NCBI GenBank assembly: GCA_014360005.1
Contig: JACIYI010000009.1
Coordinates: forward strand, 13,347 to 77,346
From: Candidatus Aminicenantes bacterium
GTDB taxonomy: Bacteria; Acidobacteriota; Aminicenantia; Aminicenantales; Saccharicenantaceae
Length of the DNA: 64,000 nt
Reading direction: 5' to 3'
This document shows, piece after piece, positions 1 to 7,893 of the stretch (the first letter of the stretch is position 1; every line of letters starts with the position of its first letter). The notes beneath the pieces were generated by a model. That model was not told where the DNA came from and made no database searches. It was given only the letters and a program-made list of their open reading frames with translations. Position numbers and translations under genes: made by a program.

Positions 1-346
1 AGCCCAGAAAAAAAAGTATTATGGCTCTTTTAGTAGCGTGAGTTAAGCCCTGGAGCCAGGTTGTGCCATGCTCAAAACGCTTAGCCCAGGAAAAGGCCAT
101 GGCTGCCCCGCTGATGAACATAAAAAAAGCTTGACCCATGTCCCAGAGTCGGAGGCCCTTCCAGGCGGAATGATGAAATTGAAGACCTATAGCATAGAGG
201 ATCGTACCTTTAAGTGAGTCGCTTATCATGAGATCATAGAGTCCTGTGACCTCGGTGATAAGCAGAAGCATGGCGAAACCTCGATAGACGTCCAGAGACA
301 GGACGCGGCCCTCGGGTATGCCGTCAAGCCAGGAAGAATTTTTCAT
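1..346 (-). CDS. HGSNAT/DUF5009-like integral-membrane acyltransferase, N-terminal fragment (gene continues past the left edge)
   Basis: Missing from the ORF track because it has no stop codon in the window. Reverse-strand ATG at 346-344, open to position 1. My translation: MKNSSWLDGIPEGRVLSLDVYRGFAMLLLITEV...QFHHSAWKGLRLWDMGQAFFMFISGAAMAFSW. The R-x-LSLDVYRG motif and the H-x-x-W-x-G...D...FF-x-F-x-x-G motif are N-terminal hallmarks of heparan-alpha-glucosaminide N-acetyltransferase-like (DUF1624/DUF5009) membrane proteins. Same strand as the exosortase gene, 107 nt downstream of it. Confidence 0.65.
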   Translation of the reverse strand, partial: MKNSSWLDGIPEGRVLSLDVYRGFAMLLLITEVTGLYDLMISDSLKGTILYAIGLQFHHSAWKGLRLWDMGQAFFMFISGAAMAFSWAKRFEHGTTWLQGLTHATKRAIILFFLG

Positions 347-453
347 AATCTTACTTTAATGAAAAGTGCGCCTTAGGGCAATCTTCATCCGTGAATATTG
401 AATATTTTAATGAGTTTGTTTGGTATTTTTTATAATTGGTAGCGTCATCAAGA

Positions 454-1326
454 CTAGACTTCATGCGTTTTTCTGGCTTCCTGCTTCTCCAGGAACCATA
501 AAAGAAGGCCCATTAATGCCAGAACCACACAGAACATGCCATATCCCACTGACCTGTGCAGAAATCCGCCCTCAATAAATCTTTCATCTATGTAATAAGC
601 GATGAGATAGAGGAGCACAATGCGGACCCCATTTTTTATTATAATTAGCGGAATTGCCACTGAAACTAAAATCAGTTTGTTTGAAAATCTTTTTAGAAAT
701 AAATGTCCGGCCAGAAGGCTTATGATTATGATAGCAATGCTGGAACGCCAGCCAGCACATTCTGGACCCACAACCAGGGTAAATACAGGAAGATAGAATT
801 CAACTCCTTCTTTGAAGAAGGGCACGCCGATTAAGGTGAAAAGTAAGCCCGTTACCGGAACAGAAGCGCTGGCTATTAAGAGAACAATTCTATCCATTAT
901 GGCTTCGGGGATTGGAACTGCAAATAACAGAAAGGCTATAGGAAAGAGAGCCTGTCTGAAGGATTTTAAGCCAAAAAGAGCGATATAAGTGCCTGCCCAA
1001 AAAAGAATTGCTGATAATATTTGTAAGGAGATTGAGAATTCAGAATCTGGAAATTTAATCCTGATAAATAGGTGAAGAGATAGGGCGGCTACGGCTACAA
1101 AAAAGCCGAGCAGAGAAGCAGGGACCGGACTGAAAAATAAAGCTTTGCGCTTTCTAAAGAGCAGAAAGGCGCTTATGATGGGGATGATTGGAATATGAGT
1201 ATAATATAAATTAATTCTTGGGTCGGAAAGTACCGTTTTTATAGGTGTGAACCCCAGTAAGATAACAAATAGGGAAAAAAAGCAAAAAAGAATATATATA
1301 AGGTAATTTTTCTTAGACTCATCCAT
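454..1326 (-). CDS. Exosortase/archaeosortase-family transpeptidase
   Basis: 290 aa and polytopic, with about 8 hydrophobic helices. Three family motifs occur in the expected order: VVGPECAGWRSS (the Cys-x-G-x-R-S active-site motif), IKNGVRIVLLY (conserved Asn/Arg) and FLHRSVGYG (conserved His). Starts 53 nt downstream of a PEP-CTERM-type gene on the same strand. Confidence 0.85.
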   Translation of the reverse strand: MDESKKNYLIYILFCFFSLFVILLGFTPIKTVLSDPRINLYYTHIPIIPIISAFLLFRKRKALFFSPVPASLLGFFVAVAALSLHLFIRIKFPDSEFSISLQILSAILFWAGTYIALFGLKSFRQALFPIAFLLFAVPIPEAIMDRIVLLIASASVPVTGLLFTLIGVPFFKEGVEFYLPVFTLVVGPECAGWRSSIAIIIISLLAGHLFLKRFSNKLILVSVAIPLIIIKNGVRIVLLYLIAYYIDERFIEGGFLHRSVGYGMFCVVLALMGLLLWFLEKQEARKTHEV

Positions 1327-1379
1327 CTGCTATAAGAGACAACTCTGTGACCTGGCCCCGCTCAGGTTTGCTGGAAAGA

Positions 1380-1601
1380 TTAATTCTTTTTCCGTCTTTT
1401 TAGGGCATAGGCTCCGAGTCCGGCTAAGCCGATGCCTATAAGGGCAATAGCCACCGGTTCAGTCACTCCATATTTGCCGCCCCGGTGATGTCCTCTTCTG
1501 CCCCATGGCCCGAAATCATCGCTCCAGGCATATGCTGTCATACTGGCCAGCAGAACTATAAGCAAGAGCCCGACCAGAATAGTTTTTCTCGTCTTTAGCA
1601 T
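1380..1601 (-). CDS. Miniature PEP-CTERM-type (TEP variant) sorting-signal protein, putative exosortase substrate
   Basis: 73 aa. Signal peptide MLKTRKTILVGLLLIVLLASMTAYA followed by W. Then a 21-aa W/G/R/H-rich segment, WSDDFGPWGRRGHHRGGKYGV. Then TEP, the hydrophobic helix VAIALIGIGLAGLGAYAL and the basic tail KRRKKN. This matches the PEP-CTERM tripartite architecture with Thr in place of the first Pro. Confidence 0.75.
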   Translation of the reverse strand: MLKTRKTILVGLLLIVLLASMTAYAWSDDFGPWGRRGHHRGGKYGVTEPVAIALIGIGLAGLGAYALKRRKKN

Positions 1602-1689
1602 AATTAGCCCCTTTCCATAATTGCAGGCTCGCCATAATTATTGAAAATATTAATTAGCTCTGTCAAGCTTTTTTTTGGCTTGAAAAAAG

Positions 1690-1707
1690 TTCTCTAATAT
1701 TAGAGAA
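1690..1707. promoter_or_regulatory. Perfect 18-bp palindrome (putative operator) in the divergent promoter region
   Basis: TTCTCTAAT.ATTAGAGAA: all 9 base pairs are complementary (1690 pairs with 1707 through to 1698 with 1699). Lies 88 nt from the start of the PEP-CTERM gene and 50 nt from the start of the LbH acyltransferase gene. Confidence 0.4.
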
Positions 1708-1757
1708 TAGTTATCCGTAAGAATGAGCTCCTGCTGAGGTAAAAAGCGGGGTATAAG

Positions 1758-2264
1758 ATGTGGAAGCCGCTTCAGAGGATTTTTCGGCGTTTAGCCTATT
1801 TTATTCCTGGTGGATTCCGTCTCCGCCCTGGGCTTCACCGGCTGCGCGGGGTTAAAATCGGCAAAAATGTCTGGATCAGTCAGTATGTGTACATAGACGA
1901 GCTTCACCCGGAAGCAATAGAAATTGGCGATAATGTGACCATTGGCATCGGGACCGCTGTCATTTCGCACCTCTACTGGACAAAGTCCAGAGAACCGGTG
2001 GTCAAGCCGGTGGTCATTGAGTCAGATGTGTTTATCGGCCCCCATTGTGTTATACTTCCAGGAGTCCGGATTGGTAAAGGCTCGGTAATTCAGGCCGGGA
2101 CTGTAGTTTCCAGAAATGTCCCGCCTGGCGTATTTTTTGGCCACGTGCCGGCTTCAATACTCGGTAAGGTTAGCGTCCCTCTGACCACCGAACATTCCTA
2201 TCAGGAGTTTGTGCAGGGCTTGAGGCCCGTCAGACGAAGAGACGAACAAGATGATAAAAGATGA
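1758..2264 (+). CDS. Hexapeptide-repeat (left-handed beta-helix) acyl/acetyltransferase
   Basis: 168 aa with imperfect hexapeptide repeats (IGKNVWISQYVYI, IGDNVTIGIGTAVI, IESDVFIGPHCVILPGVRIGKGSVIQAGTVV) typical of MAT/WcaF-like O-acyltransferases. The 3' end overlaps the carrier-protein gene by 14 nt. Confidence 0.85.
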   Translation: MWKPLQRIFRRLAYFIPGGFRLRPGLHRLRGVKIGKNVWISQYVYIDELHPEAIEIGDNVTIGIGTAVISHLYWTKSREPVVKPVVIESDVFIGPHCVILPGVRIGKGSVIQAGTVVSRNVPPGVFFGHVPASILGKVSVPLTTEHSYQEFVQGLRPVRRRDEQDDKR

Positions 2265-2496
2265 AATCAGACGGTTTATAATAGAAAAATTCCTGCTCAA
2301 CTCAGGAGACCATCTGGATGACGATATGTCCCTTCTGGAGACCAACACCGTTGATTCGGTCGGGATTCTGGAAATCGTCGGCTTCATAGAAAACCATTTT
2401 AACCTCAAAGTAGAGGACGAAGAATTAACCGCCGAGAATCTGGACAGCATCAACAAAATAGCCAGGTTTATAGAGAAAAAACAGGGCAAATTCTGA
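2251..2496 (+). CDS. Acyl carrier protein
   Basis: 81 aa and acidic. LETNTVDSVGILEIVGFIENHF contains the D-S-(V/L) phosphopantetheine-attachment serine motif of carrier proteins. Its stop overlaps the ligase start (TGATG at 2494-2498). Confidence 0.85.
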   Translation: MIKDEIRRFIIEKFLLNSGDHLDDDMSLLETNTVDSVGILEIVGFIENHFNLKVEDEELTAENLDSINKIARFIEKKQGKF

Positions 2497-4169
2497 TGCA
2501 GTTTGACCCGGTTCTTATCCATGACTGGCTGACCCAGACTGCCCGCCGCCACCCGGATAAAACAGCTCTTGTTTCCCGGGGCCAGCGCCTGACCTACCGC
2601 GAAATTGAGGAAAAATCTTCCAACCTGGCTTCAGCCCTCGTCCTGATGGGCTTCAGAAAAGGCGACCGGGCTCTCATCTGCCTGGAGAACTCTCCTGAAG
2701 CGGTGATTGCCATCTACGGAGTGCTCAAAGCCGGAGGGGTTTTTGCGGTTATTGAACCAAAAAGTCCCTGGCCGGTTTTAAGTTCCATAATAAAAGATGC
2801 CGGAGCCAGAATTCTGATTACTTACAGGCACAAGCTGTTTCGCCGAGAAGGGCTCAAAGAGGATATAAAGCTGCCGGCCAGGCGCTTTCAAGTCATCATC
2901 GTGGATGGCTCGCATTCAGTCCCTCACACTTACCGCAGAGCCTTAAAATTTTCCGGACTGACGGAAAAACTTCCCGTTTCTGTTTCTCTGCCCCGGGTTC
3001 TGGAGAATGACTTAGCCTGCCTGATATACACTTCAGGTTCAACCGGCAAGCCAAAGGGAATTATGTGCACCCACCAGAATGTGGTGGCCGCGGCCAGGAG
3101 CATCATCCAGTACCTGCAGAACAGCCGCCACGATATCATCCTTGATGTTCTGCCGCTTTCTTTTGACTACGGCCTTTACCAGGTGATAATGAGCTTTATG
3201 TTCGGCGGCACGGTGGTGCTGGAATCATCTTTCGGCTACATCCAGGATATTCTTTCTCTCATTGAGAAGGAAAAGGTGACCGGGCTTCCGCTGATTCCCT
3301 CCATCTCAGCCCTGTTGCTGAAGCTTAAAAACTTCCCCGCCAGACAGCTCAAATCTCTGCGCTATATCACCAACACCGGCGCTGCCTGGCCGGTCTCTCA
3401 TATCCAGAAGCTGCGGGAAAACCTTTCCGGCGTTAAGATTTTCTCCATGTATGGATTGAGCGAATGCAAGCGGGTGAGCTACCTGCCGCCGGATTTAATT
3501 GACCAGCACCCGGATTCAGTCGGCATCCCCATGCCCGATCTTGAAGTGGCCATAGTGGACCAGAAGGGAAAGCGAGTCCCCACCGGTCAGACCGGCGAGC
3601 TTATTGTTCGAGGGCCGACCGTGATGCAGGGCTACTGGCGTGATAAAAAGCTCACCCGAAGGGTCTTCAAACAGGGGAAATACCCTGCCGACCGCTGGCT
3701 TTATACCGGTGATTTATTCCGCCAGGATGAAAAAGGACTGCTGTATTTTGTCGGGCGGCGAGACCGCCAGATAAAATCTTTCGGACATCGGATTAATCTC
3801 ACCGAGATAGAAAAAACTGTTTCCCGGCTGGAAGCAGTGCTGGAAGCGGCGGCCGTCCCGGTGCCCGATGACATTGGCGGCGAGGTCGTTGGCTTGTTTG
3901 TGGTCGGAAAGAAAGGCACCAGGATAGATGAAGCTCAGGTCAAGCAGTTCTGCCAGCAAAACCTGGAGCCTTATAAAATCCCACGGCATATCTGGCTCAA
4001 GGATTCGCTGCCTAAAACCCCTAACGGCAAGATAGATTACAAAGCATTGACCGCCTGGCTGAAAAAACCAGACCCCGATGCCGCCCCGGAAAAATCAGAT
4101 AAGACGGAGAAAAAATCATCTGGAGCTCAGCTGGTTAGGGAAGGGCAGGATAAAGAAAGGCCAGAATGA
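2496..4169 (+). CDS. AMP-forming acyl-CoA/acyl-ACP ligase (ANL adenylating enzyme)
   Basis: 557 aa with the adenylation core motifs LIYTSGSTGKPKGI, LYTGDLF, GRRDRQIKSFGHRI and PKTPNGKIDY. Translationally coupled to the upstream ACP gene. Confidence 0.9.
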   Translation: MQFDPVLIHDWLTQTARRHPDKTALVSRGQRLTYREIEEKSSNLASALVLMGFRKGDRALICLENSPEAVIAIYGVLKAGGVFAVIEPKSPWPVLSSIIKDAGARILITYRHKLFRREGLKEDIKLPARRFQVIIVDGSHSVPHTYRRALKFSGLTEKLPVSVSLPRVLENDLACLIYTSGSTGKPKGIMCTHQNVVAAARSIIQYLQNSRHDIILDVLPLSFDYGLYQVIMSFMFGGTVVLESSFGYIQDILSLIEKEKVTGLPLIPSISALLLKLKNFPARQLKSLRYITNTGAAWPVSHIQKLRENLSGVKIFSMYGLSECKRVSYLPPDLIDQHPDSVGIPMPDLEVAIVDQKGKRVPTGQTGELIVRGPTVMQGYWRDKKLTRRVFKQGKYPADRWLYTGDLFRQDEKGLLYFVGRRDRQIKSFGHRINLTEIEKTVSRLEAVLEAAAVPVPDDIGGEVVGLFVVGKKGTRIDEAQVKQFCQQNLEPYKIPRHIWLKDSLPKTPNGKIDYKALTAWLKKPDPDAAPEKSDKTEKKSSGAQLVREGQDKERPE

Positions 4170-4223
4170 GCCGAGATAAATGAAAGGCCCGTCGGGAATT
4201 AGGTTGGAAGAAGGGAAATAAGC

Positions 4224-5234
4224 ATGGCCAGAGAAAAACATATGAACGAATTTTCATATGACAGGCTCAAGCTGGACTGCGAGAAGGAAACCAACCGCCT
4301 TGCGGCTTTCATTTCCGAGGCGGTGGGCCGCTGGCTTCGCAAACAGGGCGCGGTGGTGGCCATTTCAGGCGGGATTGACAGCAGCGTCACGGCCGCTCTC
4401 TGCGTCAGAGCCCTTGGCCCTGATAAGGTTATCGGGCTCCTTATGCCCGAGAGAGATTCGCACCCCGACACTCTGCGACTCAGCCAGCTTGTGGGAGAGA
4501 GCCTTAAGATTCGGACAATTCACCGGGACATCACGCCGATTCTTGCCGGACTCGGTTTTTACCAGGAAATGACTTCCTGCCTCCAGGAAATTATCCCCGA
4601 ATATGCCGAAGGCTGGAAGTGGAAAATTTCCGCTTCAGACATTTCCGAGGAAAGGGTCTTTACTTTTTTCTGGCTGGTGGTGCAATCACCTCAGGGTGAA
4701 ATAATCAAGAAAAGGTTGCCGGCGGATAAGCTACTGCGGATGATAGCCCTGAGCAATTTCAAGCAGCGCACCCGCAAAATGCTGGAATACCACTATGCCG
4801 ACCGCTTTAACTATGCCGTGGCCGTCACTTCCAACCTGCTGGAAACAGACCAGGGATTTTTCGTCAAGCTTGGAGATGGAGCCGGCGATTTTAAGCCCAT
4901 TGCCCATCTTTATAAAAGCCAGATTTATCAGCTTGGGGAGTATCTGGGCCTGCCTGTAGCCATCACCAGACGACAGCCAACAGCCGACATTCACCCGTTG
5001 TCCCAGGGCCAGGATGAGTTTTTTTTCGGATTGCCTTACCAGCAGATGGACGCCTGCCTTTATGGGGAAAAGAATGGTATTCCGCCTGAGTCGGTGGCCA
5101 GAGCCATAGGGGTGGATGAGGAGAAGGTAAGATTAATCTACAAGCAGCTGGCCCATCGCCGCACGGCCAACAAATACCTGCGCCTCCCACCGCTTGGTTT
5201 AGAAGCTGAAGATTTAGAGCCTGAAGATCAATAA
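4224..5234 (+). CDS. nadE: NAD+ synthetase-family PP-loop ATP pyrophosphatase (NadE-like)
   Basis: 336 aa. Contains the PP-loop AISGGIDSSV and the downstream NadE-type segments GDGAGDFKPIAHLYKSQIYQLGEYLGLP and QGQDEFFFGLPYQQMD. No glutaminase domain. Has an insertion of roughly 60 aa relative to short NadE proteins (judged by eye). Confidence 0.8.
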   Translation: MAREKHMNEFSYDRLKLDCEKETNRLAAFISEAVGRWLRKQGAVVAISGGIDSSVTAALCVRALGPDKVIGLLMPERDSHPDTLRLSQLVGESLKIRTIHRDITPILAGLGFYQEMTSCLQEIIPEYAEGWKWKISASDISEERVFTFFWLVVQSPQGEIIKKRLPADKLLRMIALSNFKQRTRKMLEYHYADRFNYAVAVTSNLLETDQGFFVKLGDGAGDFKPIAHLYKSQIYQLGEYLGLPVAITRRQPTADIHPLSQGQDEFFFGLPYQQMDACLYGEKNGIPPESVARAIGVDEEKVRLIYKQLAHRRTANKYLRLPPLGLEAEDLEPEDQ

Positions 5235-5651
5235 ATCAAATATAGCCAGAATTTCGATATTTATTTTCCTGAATTTTGCGCCGAATCTTCCAATAACATC
5301 TGGCTAAATTTTAATAACCGGACCCCAAGGCGGGAAAAAAAGCCTCTTCTTAATCCCTTTTTCTTTTCTAATTTTTTTTTATCAGGCTTCATAAATGATT
5401 ATTTAACTGGGCTTTTAACCTTTGGCCCAACTGAAAACTCGATTAAGTATTGTTAGAGGATGTTCTAATCCTATCGGGAATTTCTCTTATCAGATTATTT
5501 AAGGCCTTCCAGAACAGGCAACAAAATAAACATAAAAATTAGCATTCGGCTTTTTATCGCCTACATTCATAATCCCTCCCGGTTGCCTGCTGCTGCCGGG
5601 TTATGTTAAACTCAAACTTCAAAATTTCATAAAATAAATCCGAGGTCGTAA

Positions 5652-6158
5652 ATGGAAGAAAGCAAGAAATTATCTGAGCCAATTATTCATCCTGAGGCCT
5701 TTGTGGCGGATAAAGCCGTTGTCATCGGCCGGGTTGTGCTCAAAAAAGGAGCCAGCGTCTGGTATAACGGCGTGCTCCGGGCCGATTTTGCCGACATCGT
5801 CATCGGCGAATATTCCAACATCCAGGACAACTGCGTCATCCATGTCGACTACGATACACCCACTATCCTGGGCGACTATGTCACCGTAGGCCATGGGGCC
5901 ATCCTTCACGCCTGTAAGATAGGGGATAACACCCTCATCGGCATGGGGGCAGTGGTCCTGGACCGGGCTATCATCCCGGACAACTGCCTGGTGGCGGCCG
6001 GGGCCCTTGTCCCTCCCGGTAAGACTTTTCCCTCGGGCACGCTCATCCTCGGCAACCCGGCCAAAGTGGCCCGCACCCTGACCCCAGAGGAAATCCAGCA
6101 CCTGCGGGAACATGCGCTCAACTATTATGACCTCTGGCAGAAAAATTACAGAAGCTGA
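5652..6158 (+). CDS. Gamma-class carbonic anhydrase-like hexapeptide protein (YrdA/PaaY family)
   Basis: 168 aa. IHPEAFVADKAVVIGRVVLKKGASVWYNGVLRAD...IVIGEYSNIQDNCVIHVD...VGHGAILHAC shows the typical LbH gamma-CA fold signature, including the His ligands. Confidence 0.85.
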   Translation: MEESKKLSEPIIHPEAFVADKAVVIGRVVLKKGASVWYNGVLRADFADIVIGEYSNIQDNCVIHVDYDTPTILGDYVTVGHGAILHACKIGDNTLIGMGAVVLDRAIIPDNCLVAAGALVPPGKTFPSGTLILGNPAKVARTLTPEEIQHLREHALNYYDLWQKNYRS

Positions 6159-6479
6159 CAACAGGCGCGGCAATCATTACTCAGGCCTTAATTTCTGAGC
6201 GAGATCACCCTGGTTTTTCTAAGATATTTCCCCAGCTTTTTATTTATTGATTGTCTTGGGCTGATAAACCAACCGAAGCCCAGGGATGTCTGACCAAACG
6301 CAGCCCGATGATGTCCCCTGGGCCCTGGCCGGCCCGCGCCCCCAGATAAGAAAAAGAGGCAAAATAAAAAAAATATAACAGGGGCAAAAAGGCTGTCCTC
6401 CGCAAAAAATCCGTTTTGTCAGCTCACTTCCCGCCCTTAACCTCCTCAGCTTAACCTCAGGCAAAGCTTAAATTTAAAC

Positions 6480-6505
6480 TTGACAATATTTTAACGAATT
6501 GTTAA
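6480..6505 (+). promoter_or_regulatory. Putative promoter -35 box and overlapping near-palindromic operator upstream of the XRE/ImmA gene
   Basis: TTGACA at 6480-6485. Immediately downstream is TTAACGAATTGTTAA (6491-6505), a 15-nt inverted repeat with 6 of 7 arm pairs complementary (TTAAC-N5-GTTAA), about 34 nt upstream of the ATG at 6539. I could not find a clean -10 hexamer. Confidence 0.35.
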
Positions 6506-6538
6506 TTATAGGGCGGAAGGTTCGCTGGGGAGATCATA

Positions 6539-7663
6539 ATGAACGAACTTTTCGCCGCCCGCCTTAAGAAACTCCGCGAGGAGTCCGGCCTGACCCAGGA
6601 AGAGCTGGGAGAAGCGGTCGGTCTCTCTTCAGAATACATCTCACTGCTCGAAGCTGGCAAACGCACGCCCTCCATCATTGCCCTAAACCGCATCTCCAAG
6701 TATTTCCAGAAAAATGTCTCCTATTTCCTCGAGACCAGAGAAAACCCGTTTGCCATCCTCCAGGCTGACGAGCGCCTGAATTCGGCCACCAAACGAATCC
6801 TGGCCCGTTTCCAGAAAATCTGTGAGGAATACCTGGAGCTGGAGAGGATTACCGGCCGCCACTGCCAGTTAGCCCCCCTCTATTCGGGCAGCCTGTCGCC
6901 CCACAACATGGCCGAGGAAGAACGGCGTCGCCTGGGCCTGGGCAACGAGCCGGTTCGCGATATCTTCCGCCTGGGTGAAACCAACGGCTGCCGCTACATT
7001 CGGGTCAGCCTGCCCGACGAGGCCCGGATTTCCGGAATTTTCATCTATCTGGAAGAAAAAGATGCCGCCTTTGCTCTGATAAATTCTAACCTATCGCCCG
7101 GAAAGCAGGTGGTGGCTGCGGCCCACCTCTACTGCCATTATCTCCGCGACCGGCACGAATCGCCTATCATTGATAACCTGGATGTCATCGTGGACGAATA
7201 TGTCACGCTCTATTCGCCGCGTGAGCAGTTCGCCCAGGCTTTCGCCTCGCGCTTCCTGATTCCACCCTCCAAGGTAAGAGAGCTGGTCGAGCGCGAAATC
7301 AAGACCCGGCGTCTGACCTACCCGGAAGTAATTTTCCTCAAGCGGTATTTCGGCGTCAGCACCCCGGCTATGCTCCGCACTCTTCGCCTGATGAATTATC
7401 TCAGCCGGTCGCAGTTTGAGAACTATTTCAAGCTGGACCACGAAGCCGAGGAACAGGCGATTTTCGGCGGCGTCTCGGTCGAAGAGAAAGAAATATCCGA
7501 GCCCGGCCCGGAGCTGGTGCTTCCAGAAAGGTTTTTCCTGCTGAAAAAGGAAGCCGAGCTGGTGGCAGAAGCCGAGAAAGAAGAGACTAAGGAAAAAGGC
7601 AAAACCCAGGAGCCTGCCCCTGAAAGCAAAGAAAATACTGAGCGAGAGGAAGAGGAGAGCTGA
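6539..7663 (+). CDS. XRE-family HTH regulator fused to an ImmA/IrrE (M78)-like domain with a degenerate zinc motif
   Basis: 374 aa. The N-terminal segment LKKLREESGLTQEELGEAVGLSSEYISLLEAGKRTPS is a Cro/C1-type HTH. The central segment AAAHLYCHYL...REQFAQAFASRFLIPP aligns with the ImmA/IrrE pattern HExxH...E-x-x-A-N-x-F-A-x-x-F-L-x-P, but the catalytic Glu is Leu (HLYCH, nt 7124-7138). The C-terminal tail is low-complexity and rich in E and K. Confidence 0.8.
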   Translation: MNELFAARLKKLREESGLTQEELGEAVGLSSEYISLLEAGKRTPSIIALNRISKYFQKNVSYFLETRENPFAILQADERLNSATKRILARFQKICEEYLELERITGRHCQLAPLYSGSLSPHNMAEEERRRLGLGNEPVRDIFRLGETNGCRYIRVSLPDEARISGIFIYLEEKDAAFALINSNLSPGKQVVAAAHLYCHYLRDRHESPIIDNLDVIVDEYVTLYSPREQFAQAFASRFLIPPSKVRELVEREIKTRRLTYPEVIFLKRYFGVSTPAMLRTLRLMNYLSRSQFENYFKLDHEAEEQAIFGGVSVEEKEISEPGPELVLPERFFLLKKEAELVAEAEKEETKEKGKTQEPAPESKENTEREEEES

Positions 7664-7893
7664 GCCGAGAGGGTCGGTCTGTCTTTCGCGCCTCCAATGT
7701 TTATAATATTCAACCACCAGCCGGGGCCAGTCCGCAGCGGGCAGGCTTTCCAGCCTTTAGAAGGGCGGAGGTATATTAATTTGGAGCGGGCTGACATTTT
7801 GAATACCAAGCCGGCGAGTGCCAATCATCTTCAGGCGGGCAGTGCCTCTGAAACCTTTGATTACTGGCCAATCGGATTTGGGGAGAAGAGTCC

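Noticed and set aside
4224-5234. NadE-like gene as a dedicated exosortase-associated amidotransferase rather than housekeeping NAD synthetase
   Set aside because: I did not adopt this as the call. The sequence has the specific NadE substrate-binding segments (QGQDE...GLPYQQMD), so the default is housekeeping nadE that happens to be adjacent. The alternative is mentioned only as part of the locus hypothesis and needs neighbourhood conservation to be taken seriously.
6278-6323. GC-rich hairpin (GCCCAGGG ... CCCTGGGC, 8-bp stem, 30-nt loop) inside the spacer between the gamma-CA-like gene and the XRE gene
   Set aside because: The loop is large, there is no adjacent U-tract or promoter, and there is no second copy in the window. 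The evidence is insufficient for a terminator, riboswitch or repeat element.
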